64,000 nucleotides of DNA, taken from contig JAMDHS010000003.1 in NCBI GenBank assembly GCA_029717555.1, forward strand, positions 372,001-436,000, in the 5' to 3' direction. Below the pieces are notes generated by a model. It ran no database searches, was not told the DNA's origin, and was given only the letters and a program-made list of their open reading frames with translations. Of this stretch, positions 11,766 to 24,093 are shown piece by piece. The translations under genes and the position numbers were made by a program. Position 1 is the stretch's first letter. Every line of letters starts with the position of its first letter. The DNA is from Peribolospora baueri (Eukaryota).

Positions 11766-13277
11766 CTACTCGCTCTCCTCATCGCTCTCCGCCTGGTCCA
11801 ACCACTCCAAGAACGGACCAGCGCTCTTCCGAACCTTCTTGCTGACCGATTTGTCGACGTACTTGCCACTCACGTGCGTGCCCCACTGTTTGGCCACCTC
11901 CTCGTCCAGCACATCCACCTGATAGAACGCCATGAGCAACTTGGGCACGCCAGTTGGCATGAGTGAGGGATAGGCCTCGCCCACGAGACGCTCGAGACCG
12001 CCGAGAAGCGCCTTCTGGTGCTTCTCCGAAGTGACCATCTGATGAAAAAAGAATCACATGTGATCAATATAAAGACAGTTAGGCATCGACGTCACGGCGT
12101 CCTTTGTGTCCCTCAAAACTAGATCGACTACTCACCTTCTGAAGAACAGCTCCATACTTGGGCACCTCCTTCACAGCTTCCTCGGTGAAAAGGCCCTGGA
12201 CGAGCACCTGCACGGCGCGGTGCTTCTTATCGATGCCGAGCTCCTGCGCCTTCTTGTACACTTCGGCCGACGTGGGAGCGCCGTCTCCGGCGCCCTTAAC
12301 CTTGTGCGCCTCGAGCCACTCTCCGAACTCTTCGTACGGTCCTCCTGCGCCCTCTTCATCATCGTCGCCGAGGACGAGTGCGGACTGCACGCCACCCTCG
12401 AGTGCTTTGACGCGAGCCTTGACGGCTGCCTCGGAGGTGTCCACGCTCCAGTCCTCGTCGCCGCCGTTCTCCTTGGCACGCTGCTCAGCCGTAGGGATCT
12501 CGGCCACCTCGGAGCGTATGCGCTGCGTCAGCTCGTCGTCGCTGCCCGCTTCGTCGGCACCGTCGGCATCACCAGCGCTGGGTCCATCAGCGGCGCCGGG
12601 TGTGTGGTGGCCCTTCTTACCGCCCTTGCCCTTCTTCTTAGGCGGCGGGTTCTTCAAGATGAAAGTGACGAGCTTGTGCCGCATGTCGACGATGGTGCGC
12701 TGGCCGCACGCCTTGCAGTCGCGGATCACGTCGTCCGTTTTGGTCAGAATGAGCTCCGTCTCCGGGTTCTTGCAGCTACCGCACAGCACGAACTTGTCAA
12801 TGAACGTGTCGAGCAGCTCGCGAAGGCGCGTGGCGTCGTGAGCACCATTGACGATGTAACGCTCGTTCTTCTCATCGAACGTCGTCTGGGCGCCCAGCTC
12901 GCAGCCGAAGAATTTGGTGGGGTCTGAGACGAGCCGGGTAAAGTGTGAAAGGAACCGGTTAGGATACTGGCAATAAAGACACGAACGAGCGAACGTGACG
13001 TCGATCATAGCGTATACTCACACGACGGAGGCCGGCTGAGCGACCTGGCAATGTCCGCCATGTTGGGAATGACGGTTTTGATTCCATTGCCTTTGCCCTC
13101 GATCTTGGTCTGCAAGAGGGGCATCCTAGAAGCGTGTACCGCAAGCAGAAACGGAAAGATGTCAGTAGGCGTTAAGTACAACCACTCCAAGCAAAAAAGA
13201 TAAATAAGAGATGATGCCCACCGATAGCGGTAGAACGCATCGGAGATGTCCCTGCGAATGTTAACGACTTGAGCCAT
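11766..13277 (-). CDS. TIF5: Eukaryotic translation initiation factor 5, 4 exons
   Basis: [37 protein letters not shown]...[18 protein letters not shown]...[12 protein letters not shown]...CKACG zinc ribbon. The C-terminal W2 domain ends [19 protein letters not shown] context GCCACCATGG. Confidence 0.97.
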
Positions 13278-13288
13278 GGTGGCGGTGT

Positions 13289-13516
13289 TCAACGGCGGAG
13301 TAGTAAAGAGAAGCTACTTTCGGGGACGAAAGCACTACAAGCGCTCTTGCTCGTGACGGACGGAATGATGGCGGCCTTCCCTAGAAAAGAAGAGAAGAGG
13401 GCGGGCTGACCGGTGGAGGGCACCTCGGGGGCGAAAGGCGGCTTTGCGCGACGGGACGAAGGAGAGAGACGCGGCAGTACAGGATGGTGCTTGGAGCCGT
13501 AGAGGTGATTGGACAT
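13289..13516 (-). promoter_or_regulatory. Poor-context upstream ORF (75 codons) in the eIF5 5' leader
   Basis: It is the only minus-strand ATG between the main start and ~13860. Context is TTC-ATG-T, and the stop TGA lies 11 nt before the main AUG. Confidence 0.75.
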
Positions 13517-13770
13517 GAAACGGCTTCTCGACGACCTCAGTGGCGACGATGTGTGTGAAATGGGGAGGAGCACGGCGTGGAGATGAATGAGACAGCAGTG
13601 CTGATGGGGGTCGACCGTGAGTCGAGGTGGACCCGAGTTAGAACACGTTTGCGAACAGGCTGGACTTGGGGCGCGCGAGAAGGATTGAAAGTGCTCGCGG
13701 GCAGTTGCGCGCGTAGAAGCGAGCTGAAAAGATGCGAGAGGTGGCAAAGGAGGAAGATGAGGAGGAAGGG

Positions 13771-14001
13771 CGGTGGTGGTGGTGGTGGTGGTGGAGGCGA
13801 TGGTGGCTGACCGTTACACGTCGCTGTTCAAATTTCACAAGGCCGGGAGAACTTGCCGCAGCATCGGAAAGGACCGCAGGTGGGCTTGTGATTCATAGAC
13901 TCGTGGAACAAACAGGCGGTGATTCCAAAGCACAAGAAGGGTGGGAGCAAGTACAAGCGAAGCGAGACAATGAGTGTGGAGAGAGAGAGAGAGAGAGAGA
14001 G
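13771..14001. repeat. (GGT)n tract at ~13771-13795 and (GA)n tract at ~13978-14001
   Basis: Directly visible simple repeats. Confidence 0.85.
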
Positions 14002-14016
14002 AACACCAGAGCGCCC

Positions 14017-17000
14017 TCATGTAGGCCTTCGTGGCCCCCCGACCCAGACCTCCGCAACGACCTCCCACTCCCTCACCGGCCTCGCTTCGTCGAAGTTCAC
14101 GCCCGCCCCCTTCACCTCCGCCTCACCACCCGTCGTCGTCTTCGCCACTTCAGAAGAACCTTCCACACCCTCCTCCCCGCCCTCGTCAAAGGTCTGAGTC
14201 ATATGATCACCATCCACCTCGTCCTCCCATCCGAGGAGCAAGACCCTCACCCCACCAACCCTCAGGAGCCCCTTCTCGAGAGGCAGATACTCCGCACTGA
14301 ACACCACCTCCGCCTCCGCCTCTTCTCCCCCATCCGCCTCAACGACCGATTCCCTGGCTTCGGATTTGGCTTCGATAGCATCCGGATGGGGCCAGCGCTT
14401 GGCAGAGAGCCTCAAGGGAGGGAGGAACACGACGCTGGGCCCTAGCGGAAGGAGCTCATCTGTCGACGAAGGTACGAGGCGTGCAGTCGTTGAGGGGTAG
14501 TGGTGGAAGAAAGGTGGGGGTAACGTGGGTGGATGAGAACGGCGTGGAGGAAGGCCAGAGTTCAACGGACCCACGCTTTCGCGCGGGGGTGACTCAAAGG
14601 CCGTTTTCAACGGGTGAGCCTCGTCTGTTGCGGATTGAGGAGACATGGGCCCCAGACCTTTCGGAGGCAAAGATGGAGGGGGAGGAGTGGACGCTCCATC
14701 GCGCGCGCGTTCCAGACTGGCACGAGAGGTGGGGGAGAGCGACACCATGCCATGGAGTGCCGCCGTGGTAGGCGGAGTAGCGAAGGCAACGCCTGAGGGC
14801 GAGGCAAGCCCCACAGGTGGGAGATTTGGCGGCCGGGAACCCAATGGCTTTTGAGGCAAGCTGCGCGCAGTGGATGAGGAGTTGATCGACGACGGCGTAG
14901 ATACCGCTATGGCACTGGCCAGACCGGCTTGGACGCGGTGCTGGCTGCGCGTGCTCACGCTCCTCCTTAGACCATACCCAGTTGGCGCCGCACCCACCGA
15001 CCCAGAGACACCAGGGCCGTCGATGGAAGATGTGAAAGAAGAGACGCCGGTGCGCGTGGAGCCGATCGAAGCCATAGATGCCTTCCGCGAGAGGACGGAT
15101 GTGACGGACGCCTTCCGCGTCAGAGCAATAGAGGGTGACGACACCAACTCGGTTCCTGTCCTGCTGTCCCTGCCGGTTGCTTGCGAGCCGGGCGTGTAGG
15201 CCGAATCGGAAGCAAAGTCGTCTGGGGGGCGGTGAGAGACTTGTTGGATCGCCAGCCGGAGCCAGCGGACTCGCTTGCGCTCCTTATTCTTCGAAGGCAG
15301 GGATGCCGTCCCAGATGACGCAGCTGCCTCTGAGTCTCCAATCACATATCCCTCCTTGCCTTTGTCGTCATCGCCGAGATTCAGCATGCTGAGATCTCGC
15401 ACCCACAGAGCATAGTTGATCTTGAAAGGTTCCTCTACTTTCGTGCTGCCATGCGGTACGGACGGCGTCATGAGTTCTACCTCTAGGATGGGAGGGGGCA
15501 AGGCCATGTCTGAGGCCGCACCAACGAATGATCTCGACGCATCAATGGCAGGCGGGGTGGCAGGTCTGCCTCTGCCAGCCAAGCTGGCCACCCTGTTAGG
15601 CGCGGGCGGCTCTCTCGGCTGGTAAGGCAAGTTGTGATGATACACAGGCCTCGGCTGCTCAGGTTGCCCGAGAGAGACGATCAGAGGAGGAACGATGGTC
15701 TTCCGCCTCATCAGCTGGCTCGTCTGTAATCGACCGAGCTCGCCCATCGAAGTACGCCAGACGATGTCAAGCCTGCCGAGGGGAAGCGACACCGTAGTTG
15801 GAAGAGGCGCTGAGCGAGCGCCTTGGCCTGAAACATTGGTCGGTATCGCTTGCAAAGGAGGAGGAGGATGGAGAGGTTGTGACGATTTGGGCGTCAGAAT
15901 GAAGAGGTACTGTCGGATGTCTTCGGGCCCAAGTAGCTCCATCGTGCCGCTCCACAGCTCGATCGCCTCAGGAAACTCCGTCTTGTCCCCTCTCCCGGAA
16001 TTCTCTGCTGCTTGTCCCTCCATGCCCAAAGCTTTCCACTCCCAGCCCTCAGCGGGCTCGAACTCGAAACCTTCGAACCATTGGGGCTTGAGCCCCACGT
16101 TCTGCACTTGCACCTCCAGAAGCACCCTTTCGCGATCTTTCGGGTCGGAAGAAAATAGAGAAGTGGGCGATCGAGGTGGGTGCACCTTCGACTTGACGGA
16201 GAGTGGGCAAACTGGCACGTTGAACTTGTAGAACCTGCGCGAGGGGCCCATACGAGAGGTGGAAACAGCGTTAGAAGGCGGTCCGGAATCGGGCAAGCAG
16301 ATCAATCAACGCGCTAGGCGAGCACAATGTGCCTAGACCACTTACTTTCGGAAGCTCCTTTCTACGCCCCCCTTCGTCTCCCCGTACGGATCAGTAGTGC
16401 GATAGGAGACGGTGCAAATTAAGACATGCATGCCAAGCTCCTTGATCTCATGTGATACGGTCGTTTCCATGGTTCCATTCGGTCCAAGTACTACCTTCTC
16501 TCCGCCCGTTGCCGCATCTATATCGGAAGAAATAGGCGAGGATGAAGAGGGTGCTGACACTTGGGCGAGGAGCACCTTGGTTGTGTTCGTCTGCATCTCA
16601 ATCCGCAGCGTCGCGGCATTCACCGATTCTTGGGTCTCGTTGTTCACGCAGAGATAACTGGAGAAGGTCTCTCCAAGGTCTGTGGCAAACGTTTGTGCAC
16701 TACTGGGTCAGAATAATCGGACAGCTGCTGGATCGATGGAGATGGCGCAGACTATACGCCTACGCAAATTTGAACAGACTACTAAATCACGCTAGGAAGA
16801 ATTCACTCACTGATGGTGCCAAAGGAGCTGGGAAGGACGAGCATCTCGCTGATCCCAAAGTCCCTCAGCGTACTCGGACCCACTCTTCGGTCCGCTGGCC
16901 CCCTCTCGGCCTCCGCAAAGCTCTCGTTCTCGTTCACCAGCGGATCCTCCTTCGCAGCGTCGGTCAGGGCCGCTCCAAATTCCCCAACCTTCGTCCCGCC

Positions 17001-17225
17001 CCACGTCCCCGGAGACACACTCGCGGGCTGATGTTCGAAGAAGGGGCGATCGACAGCAGCGAGGGAAGGCCGGCTGATGCGCATCACCTTGAGCGAGAGC
17101 GCGTGTGGCTCCCGCGAAGACGGCGAGGAGGCCGTCGAAGGGGTTCCGGGACGGTCTACCGCTGGGGCAACCGACCCTGGCGGATGGTGCGGCCCGACCG
17201 GCGGGGGTGCGTAGGCTGCCGCCAT
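14017..17225 (-). CDS. TRAPP complex subunit 13-like (DUF974) protein, 3 exons, with a long Ser/Pro-rich insertion
   Basis: HALSLKVMRISRPSL; MLVLPSSFGTI|NLGETFSSYLCVNN; HEIKELGMHVLICTVSY...RSFRK|FYKFNV..PLSVKSKV; LLEVQVQN; DIRQYLFIL; LGRLDIVWRTSMGELGRLQTSQL. Confidence 0.9.
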
Positions 17226-17334
17226 TTGGGAGATGGCGAGGCGGACGATGGTGAGCGATAGACTGACTTAACTGATAGATTGATTATGCCCGCATGGAGG
17301 TTGCCGCAGACGAGACAGGTATGACACGTTTCGA

Positions 17335-17346
17335 GATCACGTGATC
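17335..17346. promoter_or_regulatory. Perfect palindrome GATCACGTGATC (extended E-box) in a bidirectional promoter
   Basis: 12-bp palindrome with a CACGTG core, lying between the divergent starts at 17225 and 17511. Confidence 0.55.
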
Positions 17347-17510
17347 AGATTCAACCTCGTACCCGTCACCGCCAGGGCCCTCCTCTGTCCCGCCATGCCC
17401 GCTCCCTCCCCGTTACCCCCAACATCTCCATCACAGCCTCGTTTGGCCCGGACGTGGACGTCGAATGGTAAGGGCGAATAAAGAAAATACCATATTTCTT
17501 GCAGCCCACC

Positions 17511-20500
17511 ATGTCCCACGACCACCTTGGCTCCCCGGACCCTGGCGCGGAGGCTTCTTCACCAAACTCCCACTTTCCTCCGCCCCCGAACTACTTCGCC
17601 TCGGCCGCCTCCTCGTCCCTCCTTCCGGCGCCTTCGGAGATCTACCTCGATGTAGTTCCCCGGAGCAATTCGGCCTCCTTTCAGGAGGGCTTCCTTGGTG
17701 TGGACGGCTGTGAGGCGTATGTCAAGGGCGAGGTGCTCATCAAGCTGCCAGCGTCAACGGAGAACCCCTCGGTCGGGCAATGGCATAAAGTGTGAGTTGG
17801 CCGTCTTGCTGCCAATGGTTCTAGTCGAGTCGACCGTCGTGCACGTTTGACGCCGCCTCAATCTACCCGTTATCCTCTCTTCAGGACGATCGAGCTTAAG
17901 GCGGTCGAATCGGTCAACGCAGATCCGCCTCTATATCCGTCTCCTGAGGCCATCGAGCTTTTCTCTACCGAGCAGACTCTCTGGTCGTCCGCCGCACCTT
18001 CCACATCTAGCGTCGCCCAGTCCCTGCCATCTATGCTACCATTCTCCATCCCTCTGACGGCTGACCTGCCCCACTGCATTCATCTCGCCTCGTCCCGGCT
18101 CGAGTATGTGCTCGAGGCTAGGATTCACTCCGCTCAGCCAGAGATTGATGGCAACGTCGTCAAGCGCACTCCCGTCCACCTCTCAAGGCACTCGAAGCCA
18201 GGTCCGCTCGTTCCACCACCTGCGCCGCCTTTACCCAGCACGTCGGCCCTCACCGCTCCTGCATCAGAAGCCCGTCGATCCCCGTCCTTCTGCCCCAGTC
18301 TCGAGCCCCGTACCTGGACATTGAGTTCGCCTTTCCCGGTACACATCCAGCTGTCTCGGACACTGTATCGTCGAGCAGAGTCGCTGGAGATCCGGGTGCG
18401 CATTCCGCCACCTGATCCCACCTTGGTCACGGACAAAGGCGTTTCATTGAGGAACGTGACGGCCGATCTGGTTCGGTTGATCGAAGTGCGTCGGAGCCAT
18501 GGCACGCCCATGATACCGGAGGCCAAATCCATGAACGAGAAGGCTATTGTAGCAGGGAAGATGGCAGCCTATGATGCCGCGCCGTCGCACGAGATGGCGC
18601 CCTGGCTCCATTCTCATGTTCCCGAGGCCGGGGAGCCCAGTACGTCCCATCTTCCCCCTTCGCCTCCGGCTTCGACGACCCCTACCCATCCACCTCCCCC
18701 GTCTTTGGATAGCCTCCATCGGTCTTCTTCCCCGCCACCGTTTTCTGCTGCCATATCCACCGATCATTTCACTCACCCGGAGCAGCCCCCGCCCCCGCCT
18801 GACGAGTATGAGCATCAGACTCGAGCTCTTCACGCATATCATCCAATAACTCCGCCTCCGGAAGAGCGCATAAGTAAGACCGTACTGGCTCACAGTGGCA
18901 AGAGCTGTCGCTTCCATTCTAGCAGGTCCGTCCTCCTCCGCCTGTCACTCCATCCACCGTTTCCTGCTAACAGCCTCAGCATGGATGCCGCTTCAACTGA
19001 TGAGAACGGTCAAGGCGAGCACAATGAGTCTGGTGCTTCAGGGACTACAGCCACCGGTTCCAAGTCTAAAGCGGCCCTCATACAGGAGGAAGCCAAGACA
19101 ACCACTCACCCCCTTGACCCTTCCACCTCTCTGGAAGGCGGTTGCTCGAGCGTCACGCAGTCGACCATCCTGCACGATGTTCGCTTCGAAGTCCGCATTC
19201 GTGTTGTTGCACGCGGCGGGGCCGGAGAGAGGCTCGATCAAGAAGTCTCAACCGAAGTGTGCATTCTCCCCGCAGCGGCGCCGAGCTGGGCCGTCTCTAA
19301 TGCGGACGACCGGACGGCGGGGGAAGAAGAGAGTGCGGAGGGGAGAGAGGAGAGGCAGGCGCGAGAGGCAGATGCGATGTTCGGGTGGGGCTCAGACGAG
19401 GAATATGATGGCTACGACGATGCGATTTTTGGGGCAGTCGACACTTCTTCTCTCTCGTCTTCCCCTGGAAGCACCGACATCGGGCCCTCATCTCGCTTTG
19501 CTGCTTCGGCTGAAAACGAGGTGGTGAGGGCGAGCGCGCTTGCGTGCGATCCGCCTCCCTCAATGACCGAGTCCGTGCACGATTTTCGGGTGCATGTGGA
19601 CGTTTTACCAAACGACCGTCCGCCTCCACCCCCGCACGAAGACGGCGGTGATCTCCGCCGACAGCAGCAGCAGCAGGCCTATTCGCGTATCCATCCAGTG
19701 ACCCGTTACGAGGATGTCCATGACCCGCCGCCGCCATTGCTCGATGACGAAGAGGAGGAGCTTCCTCCACAGCTACAGCCGTTTGAGTTCGGAAGGGATG
19801 TGCTCGGTCGGAGGGTCGAGTTTGCGCATGCTCAAGAGGCTCAACGACCTCCGGCGGTCCCTGTCTCTCACGCGTCGCTGCCTCTTCCAGCTGTGCATGT
19901 GCACGAACAAGAGGACGACTTTCCGCCGCCGCCGCCTCCTCCCATATCGGCAATGAGAGGCACAGTCTGGGGAGACCCGTCGGTCGCAGGAAGCGAGACA
20001 CCACCCCCACCGCCCGAGGAGCACGACTTCTTGCCTCCTCCCCCTGACGACATGGCGCATGGACCAAGCTCGCCTATGCTACTGCCACAGTTCTCGGATT
20101 TAGCCTCGACCACTGCTGGAGCCGGGGCACTACCTCCTCGACGACACTCTCATAGCTTGGCGAGCGAGCCTCGTCGTTCGCATTCTGTGATCTACCCGAT
20201 AGGTCCATCAGCACGTCTTCTAGGCGGCGAACACGCCCGTCCTTCTTTCTCCGACGAAGGATCCTTCGGCGTCGTACCTCCGACACGCATCTCCTCCGTT
20301 CCTGACTTTGTCAACTCGTTCCCACAGCCTCTGCCCCAGCACGACGGTAACCAGGGTCGCGATCACGTCCATGACTTGCACCATCACCATTCATACCACT
20401 CCTTGGACGACGACTCGTCTTCCCCGCCTCCATACCGCATGGTAGGCGAGGGTATCGGGGCAGGTGTGCCGTCTCCTAACGGCGGCGTCGGCGGACGGCC

Positions 20501-20651
20501 GCCCGCATACGGAGGCGCGGGCGGAGGACCGCCGGGGTACACGTACATGGCTGATGCCGATGCGAATGGGGAGGCGCAAATTGACGGCGCTCGGCGACAC
20601 GGACACGAGTACGGGTACGGGTATGGAAGGCAGTTGAGCAGGGACGTGTAG
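17511..20651 (+). CDS. Alpha-arrestin-like protein with PPxY motifs (probable Rsp5/Nedd4 adaptor), 2 exons
   Basis: Arrestin-N-like strands (SFQEGFLG...YVKGEVLIK|TIELKAVE...LPFSIPLTADLPHCIHL...LEYVLEARI), a C-domain with LSRTLYRRAESLEIRVRIP, and a disordered tail carrying PPPY, PPAY and PPGY. Confidence 0.7.
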
Positions 20652-21314
20652 CGCTCCCGTCCTCTCTTTCGTTTGTCAGTGCCTCGCTGTGGTACAGATG
20701 TTTGCATGGTGACGAGTTTTATCGTATTCCTCCCTGTGGCGGACGTGCGGACTCGGATGCGTGCATGCATTTCTGTTCTTTTCTTGTCTCCGTTCTCCCC
20801 TCTCTTTTTCAGTGCAATGTACTGCCTCACCTCAGCTGCGTCCGGTTGTGATAACGAGATCCAAATATGAAGGAACTGTAGCGCAAAGTGCGGAAAGGGG
20901 ATAAAAAGGAGCCCAACGCAGACGGGACATGCGGTTACTCACACCGAAATCGAGTCACACAGATCGCAAAGGCACCACCAACCGGCCCCTTGCAACTACA
21001 GTACTGTACGGCCACCAACAAACTGATAATAAATAATAAGATATTATATTACATATAATGTATGAAAAAATGAAAATTAATATGAATAAGTTCAGAAATT
21101 TTATTAATAATGCTATAGCGATAGCGCTTTTTTCCTTCTAAGATGTTCCAGAATTCAAGTATGAATGGGAAATTTCTAGTTAATTCTTTTAATAAGGACT
21201 CGTTTTTAAATGTTCAATTATGAATTCACAATTAGTACAAAAGGACTTTTGTGAGCAAGTCCATGGTGTACCCATTGTTAAATGGTTCCTGCAAAAGGAA
21301 ACTTAACCCTAACC

Positions 21315-23828
21315 CTAAGAGAGCCGCTTCCCGGCTTCCCACCCAGCCTTGTCGAGAGCTTCGTCCACGACGGCGCACATGGCGAGCACCTTTTCCTCCT
21401 CGAGCCTCTTGCCTACCACCTGCACGCTCACTGGGCCACCTGCGTAGGCTTGCGCGTCGTCGCAGACAAGAATGACAAGTGCTTCGTCGACAAAGGCATG
21501 AGGGACGGATAACACTGGACGGAGGCGTGTCGGCGAAATGGACGAGGACCGGCGCCAACAACGGAACGGAACGGCCGCTGGACAGCACCGGCCGGCGGTC
21601 CCGAGAGAAGAGGCGAGGAAACACTCTGGCAGGGAGGTACTCACACTGCTTCCAAACCTGCTCGTCGACCGCATTTAACGGCTGGTATGACTCGTCGCGC
21701 TCGTCGAAGGCCGGATCGGCGCGCAGGACGGGCACGGTGCCAGCCGAGTAGTCGAGCACGTTCCATACGCCCGTGTAGGCTACGTTTTGGGACTTGTCGC
21801 TGTGGACGAACAGAGGGAGGAAAAAGGAGAAAAGAAACGACAACATGTTGGCCCGCGAGGCGGAGGGACGAGAAGGGAACGACGGGCGCCCTCACCGCAA
21901 CATGGCGGGAAAGGGAGAGGTGGGACAAATGATAGCGTCCATTACGCTGCCAGCACCGCCCTCCCTGTGCGCGGTGGCCATCCAAAGGTCGAGATATTCT
22001 TTCGCCCACTTGTTTCTTTCCGCCTGCACCTGCCACATATCGTGAGTGCTCCGATCAGCCTCGGGCTTGCTCGAAGCATCCCGGTAGTCCGCCAATCCCT
22101 TCGGCCAATCCTCGCCCGAAGCGCTGATGAGATCTTGAATGGACCTTCCGCCGTCGGCGAGGAACATGCGCTGGAGCAAAGATGCGCTGCGGGCGTGTTG
22201 GTAGGGCTTCCACTCAAACACTTCGTGCCCGGCGTCTCGCAGCGCCTGGATCGTGACGTCAACGGCGCGTTCGACGGCCGGTTGGGATGAACGAGGCCGT
22301 CGTGGCAAAAGAAGCGGAAAGTGAGCTTCTATGGGAGGGAAATGGAGCGCCACGGGATGGGAAGCGCTTTCGGGTTCCGGAGCTACGGCTCGGCTCCAAC
22401 GACCGTTGAGGCGAAGAGGGTCAGAGAGGCGAGCGAGCGAGCGAGCGGGCCGTTCACCGAGTTGACCGCTTCTTGTCGCGCCATTCCTGCACACGCGCGG
22501 CAGAAAATACAAATACCGCTGGTGAACAACTCGAGGTGACGGGCCGAGCCTGATCACGAAGGCAAAATAGCGGACGGCACGCGACCCCCGCTCACCTGAC
22601 CAGGCGCCGTAAGTGGGGAACCGACCGAAGCTGGGTCGAAGTGAATACAAGTCGCAACAGGTGGCCGGGATACGGATCGATCCTCCGATATGCACACCGA
22701 GGGGCGAACCTGCAATATAGGACGAGAGACAGCCGAGGAAAGAGAATACAACGACAGATGAAATTCGGTAAGTACGATACGTGGAACCGTTCATTCACCC
22801 TTCAAAGCCAGCAACGCCGCCTCCCCGCCCGAGCTCCCTCCGGGGGATAAGATGCGAGAGTAAGGATTGAGAGTTCGACCGCAGACGTTGTTGTACGTCT
22901 CGCCTATCATCATGGCCGTGGGAACATTGCTGTTAAAAAGAACAGGGACTCCGGTCAGTCTGCCTCGCCTTCCTTCTTGACGTTTCCAGGCCACCATTGC
23001 CTACATCCCACGCCATGAGCTGGTCGCAGACTGAAAGCAAGCTCGACCACTCACGTCTTGCAGTACAACACCGCGCCCGCCTCGCGCAAGATGGAGATGA
23101 GCACGCTGTCCTCTTCTACCGGCTTGTTCGCCCAGCAGATGAAGCCTAGCGTTGAATCCAGACCTACAGACGATTGTGAATGACGAGCAGTCGGAAGGGA
23201 GGGAACTCCCTAAGGTCAATCAGCTAGCTAGGCGCGTCGCCGAGTCGTACAAGCAGACAGGCCCATGTCGCACTCGTCGCGCTCACCCTTGATCAAAAAA
23301 TTGTCCTTGATGCTGATAGGAAGCCCGTGTAGAGGGCCCACAGGCTTCCCGCCGTTGGAGGCGAAGATGTCGTCCAGCTCCTGGGCGCGCTTGAGGGCTT
23401 GGGCAAAATGAATTTCTGTCAGGCAGTCGACCTATCGGATACTAAGGAACGAAGGAGTCACAGTTAGTGTGTAACCGCGTGATTCGTTCTGACTCTCCAA
23501 AAATGCGGCCGAGCCGGAAGCTGGTGCGTCTACACCCACTAATTGCTGAGCGATGGCAGCCCGTTTACAAAAGGCCTCAGTGGCCTTCACAGCCTTCCAC
23601 CGTCCAGCGTGTACCCTCCCCAAGATCGTCCTAGCGTCAGAACCGGTAATTTCAATATCCAACTCGTCCAATATCCCGCATTTCTCACAGCTGTAACGTC
23701 TAGGTCTTGAGATGTTTTATCCGGGGAGGGTGAATGGAGATAAGTGGATTGAAGACGCCAGGCGGGAGGGATGAGGGCGTCTCGAGCGGCGCGCTTGGAA
23801 GAGGCGGTCTGCTGCCACGCAGAGGCAT
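21315..23828 (-). pseudogene. Amidase-signature family (AmdS/FAAH-like) pseudogene
   Basis: Recognisable motifs: WQQTASSKRAARDALIP, EAFCKRAAIAQQL, GPLHGLPISIKDNF, GRTLNPY..LSPGGSSGGEAALLA, IGGSIRIPA, YTGVWNVLDY, GPVSVQVVGKRLEEEKVL. It carries frameshifts, in-frame stops, a signature deletion and a lost splice acceptor (see findings). Confidence 0.9.
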
Positions 23829-24093
23829 CGGAAAAGGAGGAGGGCAGGTCGGTGAAGGAGGCGGTCCGGCGGGGAAGTGACGATGGAGTGAAAGAGGTAT
23901 GGTCGGTGGAAGGCAAGCGTGTTTCGCTTACCCCGCACTGCTGTTTGGTCCCGGGCGACGCTCGTACCTATCTATGTGGAGCCGAGGCGATTTTACAAGC
24001 TGGCACACCGTGTACAGTAACGATCAAATGCAACCCCTGCACGTTGGCCGATCGAAGGATGGCGGACGATGGCGACTGCGCCAAAGCCGAAGA

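Noticed and set aside
21302..21318. Telomerase RNA template
   Set aside because: The tract is longer than the typical ~1.5-repeat template, overlaps the end of a pseudogene, and no supporting structure could be identified.
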